From Bugula neritina (lineage: Eukaryota; Animalia; Bryozoa): a stretch of DNA of 64,000 nt. Positions within the stretch are counted from its first letter, which is position 1. The number at the start of each line of letters is the position of its first letter. Location: assembly GCA_964035545.1 (NCBI GenBank), contig OZ037769.1:12306633-12370632 (forward strand), in the 5' to 3' direction. A model generated the notes under the pieces. That model had not been told where the DNA came from. It worked only from the letters and a program-made list of their open reading frames with translations, and searched no databases. The position numbers and the translations under genes were made by a program. Positions 1 to 13,479 of the stretch are shown here, one piece after another.

Positions 1-338
1 TGTGCCATATCTTTGTACAGTCTGATTTAGTCACGTGCTGGTTGGGTTTAGACACAGTGCTAAGTTAGTCTTTAATAGACAGTGATACTAGCTAATATAA
101 TTAGCTAAATCTTCTCCTCAGCAGTATCAATATTCGAAGGAAAGACTGGATCAATTTTACTATTATTTTATAGTAATCCAATCCAACCTCTTTTACCCAC
201 ATAGATTTAAAGTATCGTTGCATACATAATCATTTCTAAGCAGCACTGAAGTGAATTACAGTTTTTAGCCGTATTGTATTTGTACATAAAAAGTGTTTTC
301 AACTATTAGAGTTATTAGATATTCTTCTGCTCTTATAG

Positions 339-1442
339 CCTGCTGCTAAGAAACAAAAGAGAGGGAGGAAGCCTGCTGTCAACCCCTCCACCACCCCTTC
401 CTCCGGAAAATCAAAGAACTCTGCTGACAGTGCTAAGAAGCCCGGGAGGAGAGGGCGTAAGAGTCAGCATAAGTCTAAGGAACTTATCCAGGATGAAGAT
501 ATAGCTGGTCCCCCTACTGTGAGTATCAGGGGTGTAATGAAATACCCCCTACTGTGAGTATCAGGGGTGTAGTTGAATACCCCCTAATGTGAGTATCAGG
601 GGTGTAGTGAAATACCCCCTACTGTGGGTATCAGGGGTGTAGTGAAATACCCCCTACTGTGAGTATCAGGGGTGTAGTGAAATACCCCCTACTGTGAGTA
701 TCAGGGGTAAAGTGAAATACCCCCTACTGTGAGTATCAGGGGTGTAGTGAAATACCCCCTGCTGTGAGTATCAGGGGTGTAGTGAAATACCCCCTAATGT
801 GAGTATCAGGGGTGTAGTGAAATACCCCCTACTGTGAGTATCAGGGGTGTAGTTGAATACCCCCTAATGTGAGTATAGCAAGTCACCTTCTCCATAATAT
901 GTAGCAGGGATGTTATGAGTAATGTGGTATATTATTTCAGTCCAATGCATTTGATATATAGTCTCTCAATGTACTGCAAGGGTATGCAGTCGCTTTATTC
1001 TATGCATTATTTATTCTGGATTCCTTTTTATATTACTTCCTTTTAAGGACGCTGTCCTCACTAAGAAGATCAAGGAACTCCTGAAGACCGCTGACTTAGA
1101 GAAGGTCACGATGAAGATAGTGCGGCAGCAACTCATTGATATGTACCCTGAATATGACCTCTCCGATAAGAGAGACTTCATCAAGACTACCGTTAAAGAG
1201 GTAATTGTGAATTTCTAGTGCATTTAGTTCTGTAAGACCTCCCACACAAAGGAGTATCTGTACCTCCCACACAAGAGAGTAGCTGTACCTCCCACACAAA
1301 GGAGTAGCTGTACCTCCCACGCAAGAGAGTAGTTGTACCTTCCAGACAAGAGAGTTACTGAAGATGCTTGTGATTTAATTTGTTATATTACTGATCTATC
1401 ATTACCCTCATAACTGTTATATTTTAGATACTCGGTGCATAA
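339..1442 (+). CDS. DEK: Protein DEK, last three coding exons (339-518, 1048-1200, 1428-1442); the 5' part lies outside the window
   Basis: Spliced translation ends PPTDAVLTKKIKELLKTADLEKVTMKIVRQQLIDMYPEYDLSDKRDFIKTTVKEILGA*, matching the DEK C-terminal domain (human PPTDEELKETIKKLLASANLEEVTMKQ...DFIKTTVKELIS). All junctions are GT-AG and in phase. Confidence 0.92.
509..876 (+). repeat. 35-bp minisatellite (~10.5 units) built from the DEK 5' splice site
   Basis: Unit CCCCCTACTGTGAGTATCAGGGGTGTAGTGAAATA, with donor-like GT at 519, 554, 589 ... 869. Confidence 0.95.
1237..1357 (+). repeat. ~25-bp intronic tandem repeat (4-5 units)
   Basis: Units of ACCTCCCACACAA(AG)GAGTAGCTGT. Confidence 0.85.
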
Positions 1443-2084
1443 AGGTATCTGTAAACCATAAAAGTTTCTCTACGAGTTTCACCTATGTTGAACTTCCAGC
1501 ATAAGATATAAACGTATACAGGTGAAGGAGAAACAACATACCTGTCTATTGAACTCAATTTACTCCAGCATTGTATAGCAGTTTGAGAATACAGATTCAA
1601 CTGCAGAAGTATTTCTTGTCTCTGATGGCCATCTTGTAACCTGCTGCCATAATCTGCTGTCAGCGAATACTGCATGATTTCGGTTGTAACTTTTTCTGCA
1701 TCCTTTAGTTTGTAACACCTCAGTATCCATGTACATATTAGTATCATAGACTTACCTTTTATGTAAATATCTATACATTTACACTTTTCTCTCCCTGGGC
1801 TGTGGTTTCTTAGTTGTCTTCTCTTAATTTTCGTACATTCTTTAAATTGTATACAGTGTGATACCTGGTGGGTTTTTGCTAGTCCTATTAATAGTAACGA
1901 CTACTATTTTATGTATATGCATTTGTGGTCAATAGTTTTCTTACATATAAAGTTTGTATCTCAATTTTGTTTTGGAATATTTTAATTCAATTGTCCAAAT
2001 TAGTCATTAATATTATATCTGGTCAAAATTATTTCTGTGAATATATTATAGTATTAATATAATTATACAAAATACAAGCACCAA

Positions 2085-2294
2085 AAAGCTTACAGATGTT
2101 TATAATCACTATCCCTATGAGAGCCCCTGATGGAAAAGTTTTTTATAGTGGGCTGAAGACTTATTCAGATACGGCACAGGAGAAATTATGACTGGATGCT
2201 CTTCCTAACATCACCAATGTCCTTTACTGGGGATCGAACCCATGACTTCGTGTTTACTAAGCCAGCACTCTAACCCTTACATCAAGGCTGTTCC
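2085..2294 (-). mobile_element. tRNA-derived SINE (family 1), full length with 17-bp TSD
   Basis: Minus-strand head has A/B-box-like motifs (GGTTCGATCCC) and an anticodon-like loop CTTAGTAA. The body is shared with copies at 11.9, 25.7, 30.1, 42.1 and 63.8 kb. Direct repeat CAAAATACAAGCACCAA at 2068-2084 and 2295-2311. Confidence 0.88.
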
Positions 2295-4349
2295 CAAAAT
2301 ACAAGCACCAAGTGTTTTAGGTACTCTTGTATACAGCAATTCTGTAATCTCATCTCCCAATACTCTGATGCACTGCAAGTCAACATGTGGTACTCAAAGT
2401 TGTCTGCTCTGCATAGTCTAACTTCACTGTCAACACCAAGTGTTAAGAATTGTTATGTTATACACACATTCTGCAATTGCTTAAGATATGGTGGTATTTT
2501 GTTATACATCAATCATCACTAATATATTTTCCTATGGGTTTACCACACAATGTGAGATAGATGCAGAAGACAGCATTTAGTGTTCCAATAAAACTTAATT
2601 CGCTTTCTTCAAACTACTATGCTATACATGCTGTATTTATAAATTATATACAACATTAACAATAAACAACTTCATTATTAAAATATCTTCTGGTCTGTAG
2701 TTTGAGCAAGCTGTTTGAATGCATTACATACTTGCATGTTTAGCCCAATTGTGTGCTTTGCCTCCAGAAACTGTTCTGTGTTTTTCAACTCTGCAGAAAT
2801 TGATTGCTATTTGTGTGCTTAGATTGTCTTCACAATACTGTTTATTCCACCAGCCACAGCATAGAAACTTACTTGGAGAACATCATGATACAAGTTATAA
2901 CAAGTGTCAGGAAGTGGTCTGTGGCAGGGCATTAGTAAAACATGTTCGTCTAGGAAGTTATTCCTCTTGTATATGAATACAAATTCATTTTATAAACCTA
3001 GCTAGAAAACTACGAGCGATTTCAAATACAGTCACGCCTCTCGTCATAACACATAATACTATAGGCTTATATTCTTCAAAATACCTTTTACTAAAATTTT
3101 TTCCTGGGTTTTCTCCCTCATCAGCACAGAGCAGAGTATCATAGCCTATGTACAGCTTCGTAATGGACAAAACTAATATTTAAAACTGTGTGTTATAATT
3201 AAAAGATGTATGAGTTTAAGCGCCAGAAAACTCAAGTAACTGTAGGAGTTATGAACTTTGCATAATATTCGTGGCCATGGATAGAAGGTCAATTCCTACA
3301 CATAAGCTAATTTGCGTGGGCGTGTGTAAAACAGTGCATTCTTCCATCAGACTGCTGAGATGGAGTTGCTGTACCTTGCCTAACAATACAGTTCATGTTT
3401 ATCAACTAGTCATGGTAAAACAAGAGCAAACGACTCCGACAATACATAATTATCTTGAATGCTGGATGACTATTTTTTAAATAAAATCAACTATTAAAAC
3501 ATAGTAGGAAAATTGTGAAGATTATTGTTAATTAGTGGATAAGCACACAGATGTATACAAGTTTCATTGTTTTGTTTCAAAACTGTGTGAAAAAAGAACT
3601 TTTATCTACCTATAGAAAGTCTTCAATGTTTATTTTATAACTATGTTGTTTGATATGGTGCAACATACGAATATACTTTGATACATATAAATATGGTAAG
3701 AACAGTAATGAAATGCATTGTATAATAGTTCTACATATTTATATACATAATAAATAGGAAAAACTATACATTGTATTAATGAGTAAAATTATAACAGTAA
3801 AGTTAGAAAAATATTAATGTGTGCACATGCCCTTATGACAACAATATTATGTACACCATGCGCATTATATGCATACTAGCTAATGGCTATATAATATTGA
3901 CAGTATATAGTAAATCTAAGTTATAAGCATATCTATTAAATCCCGAACATACAGCCTTGCTCCTTGTATGACTCTGTAAACTAGAAACTCATTTAAACCG
4001 ATTTAAAAACAGAAATTCTAGCTAATAGTTTCAAAACCTACATGTAATCTAAACTAAATGTGAAAGAAACCAGATTAAAAAAATAAATTACTTTAATTAC
4101 AAATTGTTAAATACTCTAGTGTGAAATCTATAGCTGTGTAGGGTATAGACAACTTGGAATGTGGTTGAACTCATCAGCAAAAAATTGAACTAAAAACTGA
4201 ATGAAAATACTATTTCTTTTGCAATTTCTTATATAAGTTTTTGTTGTTATCCCTATATATTATTCATTCTGCTGTTAATACATCTAAAATAAGTGTTCAA
4301 ATGTCAAATGCGCTTTAATATATCAGTTTGAAAAAATTGCAAAATATAT

Positions 4350-7300
4350 TTAGTCTTTCTCTTTCTTCGTTTCAACCACTTTAGTGGGCAGCACTGCTTC
4401 ATCGTCAGATTTAGATTTCTCCGAGGATGAGCCACAGGAAGTATGATGTCTGTCCCAGTCTTTGTGCTGACAGAACTGTCCACAGTACCTTGCTTTGTTG
4501 CAACCACTACACGTCTCACTCGCTTTTCTTCCGCAATTCCAACAATTCTACAAAATAAAATAGCCCAGGATATTAAATAAAATAAAGTAGATTTTGGCCT
4601 ATAGGCTTTTGTATTTCCGTTTATTCCTTATATTACCGATTTACATATACCTGTAAAGAAAGTGTTTGTGCGGGAAAAACAAAATCAAGAAATATTTTAA
4701 ACTTTAAAATCAAAAGTAGATACTGCAAAAATGTTAGTTTACAAAATTGCAGTTTCGCTGAGGAATATTTTTTTAGAGTGGGCCATGTTCGAAATAGAAA
4801 ATAGGCAAATATTCAAAATGAAAGTTACGTTTTTGTAAAGCATTGCGTTTAAAAAGTTATATATGCTTCTATAGTTAGACTACGACCTATTATAGTTTCA
4901 CTAATTTACTACTAGTGATTTTCCAATTACTTCATAGAACTTACTTCTGGAGTATCCGCTTGTTTATTTACTAGTCGTGTGGCCTCATCTTTTGACGTCT
5001 TCTTAATATGGGCCAACACGTTCTCCATCCTGAGCCTCTCCTGACTCACTAACTCATTTGCTTTCAGTTCAGCTGCAGTTACTGCTTGGTGTATTTCTAA
5101 AATTGCTTGTCTTTTTATTTCATTCACCACTTCATCTTTGAAAAAAATATATTTAAATTATAGCTTGCTAAAAGTAAGCCATATAAATTGTGTATGAGAG
5201 AGAGAATTGTTATGTTTAAATATGTTTGGTATTTTAAAAAACACTTGCTCTTTATATGACTATTTGCTGCAGCAAAAATCAGCATTTAAAAAGCATGAAT
5301 CTTAAGCCAATGCAAGAAAACTGAAATTCATCTCACAGTCCAGCCAAAAGTTTGCAGGTATAGAGCTGTAATGCATTTCACAAAGTTAGTATTGGCCAAC
5401 CTGCTCTACGCTTGACTTCAGCTATTTTTTCTTCTGATTGGCGTATGGTATGTGACATCATTTCCTCTGTCCTCTTTTTAAAGTCTTGATCAATACCTTC
5501 AGCATGTCTTCTCATCCACATGGAGAACTCTTGAGTCTCCTTGACTCTACTCTCCTGTAGGGAGGCCATAGCGGACTTGGTCTGCTCCATCAGAGTACAC
5601 ATGTCTCCTAACATCTGCAGAAAAGTGCTTTACTTATTCAAATAAAAGAAGACTATAATGTAGTGTTGAGATTACTCAGTAGCCCCTGTGGTGTAATGAT
5701 TAGTGCACCAGTTTGCAAGTTAGGGTCTGTAGTTTGAATCCCAGTGGGGGGAGCAAATATTTTACATATAATATTATGCACACATACAGTGGATAAAATA
5801 TTGTTCATATACTGAGAGCAGGTTTGATTGCAATGCCAAACAACTTGCTCACACATTTCAAAATAGCCAAACTATAAAAATATGTGACAATACCACAGTT
5901 AGAAGATGCTGTAAAATAAAAGATATTTTGAATGTTAAAAGATATGTTGTAAAGTAACTGATAATGGAGCATTGTTTATGTTTAAATTTACTTTTTTATC
6001 CGCTTGCTCAGTTTTTTGTAAATATAAAAGTTTCTATAAAATCACTCTTACCAGTCTGACACGTTTCCATTTGTCATCTTCTTTTGTGTCAGAGATAGGA
6101 ATGGTTACTTTGGCTGAAGTCTCTTTGTGGCTAGAGCTGCTGCCTGGGCGAGCAGCATTTCCAAAAGTAAAGTCAACATTTTCCAAACGAGCTCGAAATA
6201 GTCTACTAATCTCTTCCAGTTTAATCTGCTGGGCAGAGGGCAGTAAATCTACAAAATAGTAAAATATGAGTAAAAATGAAAATAGTATGTTTAAATATTT
6301 TTTGGGTTTTTACACTGTTCATGTTCACAAATTTGAAACTCAAGAATTTCACACAAGCATAGCGTACCTTTCTCAGACAGGAGACGTTTTTCTGAACGAG
6401 CTACTAATAGCCCAGGTTCCTTATCAATTAGACTTGAGTGGGAAGGGCTCTTACTGCTGACCCTCTCAGTCGGGGATGTGTCTCTCAGCAACATTTTGGG
6501 AGGCGGTAATTCACTGCAAAAGCAAGAGTTGAAAATACTTAGTAAGACATACTAATTAGCCTGTCCTTATCGCAATGTCATTATATCTCATGACAATTGA
6601 TAACCCATGATTGTCTGTTTAACTGGAGAGAGGAATTAAACAGCATAATCTACCAGCATTGCCTCTTGTTGTTTTAATCATCCTAATAATAGCTCTGTAA
6701 CTATTACAGCAGAAACAACAGTTGGTACATTTAAACTTTTGGTAAATACAGAATTACATATATAATTGAAAGATGAATATATGAAGTATTTTTGGGAGCT
6801 TACGATGAAGAATTTGGTGACATCTTTCGTTTACTTGACTTTGTGTCATCTCTAAACTCGGGAGAAATACTGCTTGATGATGTCTTGCTTTCAGTGATGG
6901 TATTTGTGTCGAATATGACTCTTTCATTGTTGGCTAAGTATTGCTGTGGAGACTGTCTTGATATCTGAGCACATTGGAGAAGCTCCCTCTGCAGGGATGG
7001 CAGTGTCGCCTGCAAGAGTCAAGGGAGCCAATGAGAATTATTGAGAGTCAGTGAGAGCCAATGAGAATTATTGAGAGTCAGTGAGAGCCAATGAGAGTCA
7101 TTGAGAGTCATTGAGAGTTAGTGAGAGTCAATGAGAGTCAGGGAGAGTCAAGTAGAGCCAATGAGAGTCAGGGAGAGCCAATGAGAGTCATTGAGAGTCA
7201 GTGAGAGCCAATGAGAGTCATTGAGAGTTACTGAGAGCCAATGAGAGTCATTGAGAGCCAATGAGAGCATTTCAATAGAAATGTATATAATATAGACTTG

Positions 7301-10052
7301 AAGGGGGAGATGTGTATGTATGCTAATAGAAGTGAATGATAAGGAAACATACTAATAGAAATGATTAGGAAGATTATGTGTGCCAATAGAAGGAGGAAGG
7401 GTATAAATATTAGCAGATGAAGTCAAGAACGAAAAAGGAAATGAGATAACTACATATTATAACGCTGAAAGATGATGAAATCATAGTCATATATTGGCAG
7501 GTCACTACAATTTATGCAATGAGTCATAATCAAGAGTAAACTAGTTTGAGTTGTCTTCTTAAAGCACTAACAAACTGAAGTTGTGCTTTCATTATTAATT
7601 TCCGAAACCATATTTTTATGTTGACCTGGTGCTGTAAAAATTAAGACTAAAAATGCATGAAGCAACAATAATAATATAAACATGAAGAGATAGAAAAAGT
7701 GTAGGTGGCTACCTTTAGAAATGGAATAACAAATGGCTTCAGAGGAAAGTTTGTTGTCTCCTGAAGCTTGGAGTGGAACTCCTCAATAGAAAGTTGAGAA
7801 TTCTGTCAAGTGAAATAAAACAAAACAATTAAAAAAAACTTACACAAAATTTGCTAAAAATTTCTACTGTTGATATACACTTACAACAATTTATGAATGC
7901 AGTCATTTAATTCAAATAACTCAGCTTTGTAATGGAAATGTGTGGGCAATGTACTCATTTTTTTAAAAAACCAACTGTGCCGTTCAACTATACAAATATG
8001 ATCAGACACTGTATATTTAGCCACAAGGTGTGTGTTTATTTATCAAGTCTTAGTTGTATACTTTAAAGGAAGCTGGACCTCTGTGAACTTCCAGGTGTCT
8101 ATATAGTTCTATTATCTAACCGGAGAGGATAACTACTGTATTGCTTCATAAAATACGCATCACAGTTTCGAAATAATATTTAAGTAATATGTCAAGTTAG
8201 TTTTTGCCCTTAGCAGATATCTAACAGAGTCTAAACAATGGAGTATGGTTAAACATGTATGTCTTTGTTTTAAATTTAGGTTTCAAATTGCATTTTACTT
8301 GAAGGCAAGCCAACATGACAACAATCTTTTATTTGTTGATGACAGGTTTTGTACTTACAACGAGGGCAAGCACAAGAGCTCGAACTCTCTCGCCGATCTC
8401 AGTAGAAATATCCGAGCCAAACTGCTGCAAAGTTGTGAGAAACCTTTTGAGTTTAGCGAGTTGCTTGGCTCCACAAGTTGGTGGAAGCTGCATGTTGATA
8501 TTGTTTGGGGATTGAACTTCAAGTGGCCTGAGAATTGAACTCGGTGAAACTCGGCCTGGAGAACAGATTGGTTAATATAGACTTGAGAGAATAGAGTATG
8601 GCACTGATACCTAACTGACACTTTGTTGATACTCTACTTGACACCTAAGTAATACCTAGCTGATACTTAGCTGACACCTAACTGGTACTTCGCTGATACC
8701 TAACTGACACTTAGCTGACACCTAACTGGTACTTAGTTGATACCTAACTGATACTTAGCTGACACCTAACTGGTACTTAGTTGACACCTAACTGACACTA
8801 TGTTGATGCCCTAGTTGACACCTAAGTAATACCTAAGTGACCAATGCAGTTACCAAGTTGAATTATTCTTCCTTCAGAAAACTTTGAAAAAAATTTCAGA
8901 GACATTTTTAGGCAAAACTCTACATGGCAATTGTAAGTGCAATTGTTTTAATAAGACTTGAAATCAAAATTTAAATTTCAAACTTTTTGCTTGGAGATTG
9001 AGTTTAAAATATTACAAGTTTAAAGAGAAAGCAATTTCTAATGTCACAAATATTCACTCAGACCAAAGTCACATGCAAATTATGACTTACTGCCTGTAGG
9101 AATGTGTCTGCAATAGTGATGATTTTGAGATGTTTTAGCCAGATGGAACTGAGTTGATCACTGTTATTCTACTTATTCAGCATTTGTCATTTGTTATTCA
9201 ACTTAACTTGATATTTCTATCAGCGTTTGAGATAAAAACAATAATAGCAGACACAATAAGGAAACTAATATAGTTGAAATATTCAGTTTCAAGAAGCATA
9301 ATATAGACTAAAATCTAGACTGTTTGCTCTGACTTAAACATAAATATAAACTATTGAGTTAAATATAAGTCAATGGATTTCATGGAAACAAAGCAGCAGA
9401 GGACTGTAGAATTAGAGTTTGCAGTTATACTCCACATAACATGACAAACAATCTACTGGTATGCTGCTACCATCGTGTGTTCACTTGTGACTTATCAAAA
9501 AACATTTATGAGCCAGCATCTGTTATAATTAGTAAGAATTATCATTACACTAGCCAACGAAACATGCGTGTCAATTTAAAAATTGGATGCAATTAATATG
9601 TGAAGAGAGACTCGTAAAAAGTCTATACAGAGGTAGGTGCAGTAATGGAAAAATTGAGAAAAGCCTGTGTTCTAGATTAGAAATGTAACAAAAGAAATTG
9701 TTCTCGCAGGAATTTCAACTCGTGCCCCAAACCAAAATTTAATAAAATAATTAAAGAACTTGGGCTCTCTCAATTTTTCCACTACTGCTCTTAAATGCAT
9801 ATACAAACTTGTACCTGAACCAACGAATACGGGTGGTGAGGAATTGCTCCTTGCTGACACAGATCTTGGCATCGGGGAGTCTGAACTCTTATAGGATAAC
9901 TGTGTGGAAGATGCTGTTGTCTTGTTATTAGCCAATGTGGCTTCTCTTTTAATATTGGAGCTCGGGCTATTCATTGATCCGGATGACTGCTTAGACTGAG
10001 AGTCTGTGTCTATCATACTGTTGGTTGGGGGAGTGGGTGAAAGTGTGGGCAT
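4350..10052 (-). CDS. RUNX1T1: MTG8/ETO (CBFA2T/nervy) family corepressor; exons 10052-9815, 8555-8359, 7802-7713, 7009-6804, 6513-6368, 6248-6052, 5614-5401, 5135-4945, 4547-4350
   Basis: Contains NHR1/TAFH ([73 protein letters not shown]), a divergent NHR2, NHR3 ([27 protein letters not shown]) and a MYND finger ([34 protein letters not shown]). The start codon and upstream exons are uncertain (possible donor near 15520). Confidence 0.92.
5659..5766 (+). mobile_element. Solo-LTR-like unit containing a tRNA-like sequence (TRIM-type), 5-bp TSD TATAA
   Basis: Termini TGTA...TACA; TATAA at 5654-5658 and 5767-5771; homologous end to end with 47023-47127. Confidence 0.8.
7014..7268 (+). repeat. 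10-bp-unit minisatellite (GAGAGCCAAT/GAGAGTCAGT variants) abutting an ETO splice acceptor
   Basis: About 25 degenerate decamers starting just beyond the minus-strand AG at 7011-7010. Confidence 0.9.
8605..8840 (+). repeat. Degenerate 10-11 bp tandem repeat (TGACACCTAAC/TGATACTTAGC)
   Basis: Directly visible periodicity in the ETO intron. Confidence 0.85.
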
Positions 10053-11867
10053 AAGTTTCAGGTGTTCAACTGTAATTATAAACTTAACTAATATAATATT
10101 ATTATAGTAAATCATGGTTAAACTTGGCAGGGTGGTTATAATGTACTAAGAAAGGATATGAAAAACCGTCTAAATGTTTACACTCATTCTATACTATATT
10201 ATATATATACTGTATAACACTATATATATAATGCATAGTGACAGGCTTGAATACACGTATTTCTGTCTGGTATTTATAAATAGCAAAAGGAGAAATCTGC
10301 CAACTGACAAATATTCTATAAAAAGTTGAACATACATAAACAGTATAAAATTCTGCAATTTAAAATAAAATAAATGGCTTGAGGGTGTTGGTGTATCTTA
10401 TATTAGAGATATGCTTGTGCTGTATATTATATTTTATATGTTTACATGTGAAAAGGCTATTTTTGCTTGTACCAAGCCTCTAATTTTCATTTCAATAGTT
10501 GGATTTTAAGCAGATATCACCCATTTTCTTTTTTGATAAAACTTGAACTGAATTTGCTAAGAATAAGCTAATTATTTTAAAAATTTATCAATACCTTAAG
10601 ACTAAATTGTACGAACAGATCTTGCTTGAAGTAGAAAGTTTAATTACAAAGAAAGATAATAGATTGATTTCAAAAATAATGCAAAATACCAAAACGCAAT
10701 GAGGTGAATGCAAAGATACAAAGATATTTCTAGCATGGTAAATATTAAAACAAGCTGCATTTACTAAACATATTACAACTTATCTTATATACCTTTTTAT
10801 CACTGCCTTATGTACTTTAAACTAGTTAACAAGTTTTGCATTATTTAAATTAAAAAAAACTGAATTCTACCAACATTTAAGAATAATAAAAAAACAAAAT
10901 TACTCTAAAAATTTATATGGTCTTTTTTCACGCAGCAAGTTGATCGCAGAATTTACACCATTAAGATTTACTAGGTTAGTTGCCTACCGTACGCTAGTGG
11001 ATGGAAGAGATGAGTTGATTTTACCATCTTATACAATGAATTTACATCTGCCGATGCAGTTGTCATTGAATACTGTGAAAATGGCAGCTCGGTAAAGTCA
11101 AGTAATTCAAACACAGTCTACACAATACACTGTAGGAAGTATAAAAAGCTGTTGGATCAGTTGCAGTAGCTATGAGAACTGTCAGCAGGTCTGGATATTT
11201 ACACCCATTTAATAGAAGTGCCGATGTGCAGTTGAACAGGCAAACAGGCGTCTTTGTAACATCTGTGTTTTATTCCAGTCATTATCCGTACGTACTATAA
11301 ACAAATGCTTTTAGACTGCGAGATACTATTGTGCACTATCTTTGTATACATGGATTAATGCGAAGACAGCATGCAGTCCGAATGAGTTGTAACTAGTAAC
11401 ACGTGTAGCATATTGCATATGTGATGTAGCATGTGTTACGCAGCTGTTGGTACTGCCAGATAACCTATCTAATATGTGGCTATGTGCATATACACTGCTA
11501 TAAGTCTGCATATCTTCAATGTTACCTGTAATTTATAATTAATGTACATTTTGCTGCAAACTTGGTCGCTGCTTAATTGCTATAGGAAGGAGATTATTTG
11601 TCAGCATTAGGTCAACTATTACACACTTCAGTGACTTGTCGCTGATTATTTACTCGAATCCCCAGCAATTGGCACTGAAACAATGTTTATGCTATTTTCA
11701 CTTAACATAGGGGTGGGTATAATCAGACAAATGCCAAAAGTTATAATTAACATTAATAGACAGGAAACTCATGCATACTCAAATTAGAGATTACATTCAT
11801 AACTTATTCAAAGCTTCAAAACATGAGGGGGGGGGGAGTTTATCACTCATATTTCTTTGCTAATGAA

Positions 11868-12065
11868 GGAACAGCCCGTGGTCTAGGGGTTAGAGCATAG
11901 TCATGGGTTCAAACCCCAGTAAGGGCCATTGGTGATGTTAGGAAGAGCATCCAGTCATAATTGCCCCCTGTGCCACATATAAATAAGTCCTTAGCCTGTT
12001 TAAAAAAACCTTTCTATCAGGGGTTCTCACAGGGGTAGCGACTATGAACTTGCATGCATGAGAAT
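11868..12065 (+). mobile_element. SINE family 1 copy with the anticodon arm deleted
   Basis: GGAACAGCCCGTGGTCTAGGGGTTAGAGCA...GGTTCAAACCCCAGTAAGGGCCATTGGTGATGTTAGGAAGAGCATCCAGTCATAATT matches the 2085-2294 copy. Confidence 0.85.
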
Positions 12066-13405
12066 TCTTTAGGTAATGCTTGTAGTTTCTTTAAAAATTG
12101 GCCAAGGGTTACCAAAATTTGTTTGTAATATTAGCCTACATAAACAGCCAACCTTATCTAAACTGTTATTAGTTTAGCTTATGTTGTTCTGAAAAAGCCA
12201 TGATTATTAGTCAGTGAAAACTAAATGATTCATTTGACATTGTAATAATTGATTAACAATTTGTTGTAATATGTATATCAAACGTTTGATTAAAACTTCA
12301 GAAATTTTACACAATTCTTTTGAACAAGCTGGTTATAAACTTACATAAAATATCATAGTTTGGGTGTGATGCTCTTTCTATGTATGTTAGAGAACGCTGT
12401 GGCCTACAATACAGTGGTATTGCAGGCTATATTAAATTGTTGGACCAGACTAATACAAACAAAATGTGTTATTGTATCACAAAAGTTTTAATCTTTCAAA
12501 CACAAAATCTGGGCTTGCAAATAACAAACTTAATTTCAAATGGTTTTGGTTTATAACTAATCTATTCATGAGAAAATGCAGAGTATTAACACTTTAAGAG
12601 CAAATTTAATTTAGTGTCTACACTTAGGAAGGCATGTTTGGTTTTAAACTACGATAAGCTCAAATAAGAAAGCGCACTAACCAATTTCAGCATACTTAGT
12701 GTTAGTAGAAATTGCAAATATAGTTAAAAAACAACCTTCTAAAACGTAGCGAAACAATCTGAAATTATCTTTTTAAGGTGGAAGCTATGAAAAAAGTTAT
12801 CAAATTTAAATTTCTAAGACAATCTTTCTATAATATCAGCAGCTGCAATAAGAGTGGAGCATAGAGAGTACAGTTTAAACTCTGCCAGTTCATGCATCTA
12901 CTTTACATTGAAAAGCAGCACAGGCTGCAAACTTTCCCTAAATAGTTGAGAAAGTAGTGAATTTGCAGATGCTTGTTAAACTGTTGCCATGCAAGGAGGC
13001 TTTGATGCACTAAAACTCTGTGTACCCACAGTCTGAGATGAACATGTGGTCGAAATGCCAACTTTCTGCTAAATGTGTTATTTTCGTTTACAGTATTTAG
13101 CTTTGAATACAAGTTTTGCAGAAGGTGCCAGTAAAATGAAAGCAGCTTTTCCCTAGACTTTCAGTCTCCAGTTAAATGTAAACCTCCTGTGAACACCGTC
13201 CAATCAGCCGCCTGATTTGTTAGAATTAAGAAATTGATTGGCTACTTCAAAGCTGGTTGTAGAAATTGTGTGTTGCAAAATTAATAAGTGTCAGGTTGCC
13301 AGTAATTGGAGTCAGCTTGATTATATAAAGTATATTAACTGGATGCAGGGCTGCCGCTGTGTTGGCTAATATGAGCATGTTATGAATATGTTACGTACAC
13401 ATTAC

Positions 13406-13479
<74 letters not shown>

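Noticed and set aside
509-876. CRISPR-like array
   Set aside because: No unique spacers and a eukaryotic intronic context; the same applies to the other tandem arrays.
3085-3130. Minus-strand CTGATGA-GGG...CCC-AGGAAA hammerhead-like motif
   Set aside because: Extra bases between stem II and GAAA, and no convincing stems I or III.
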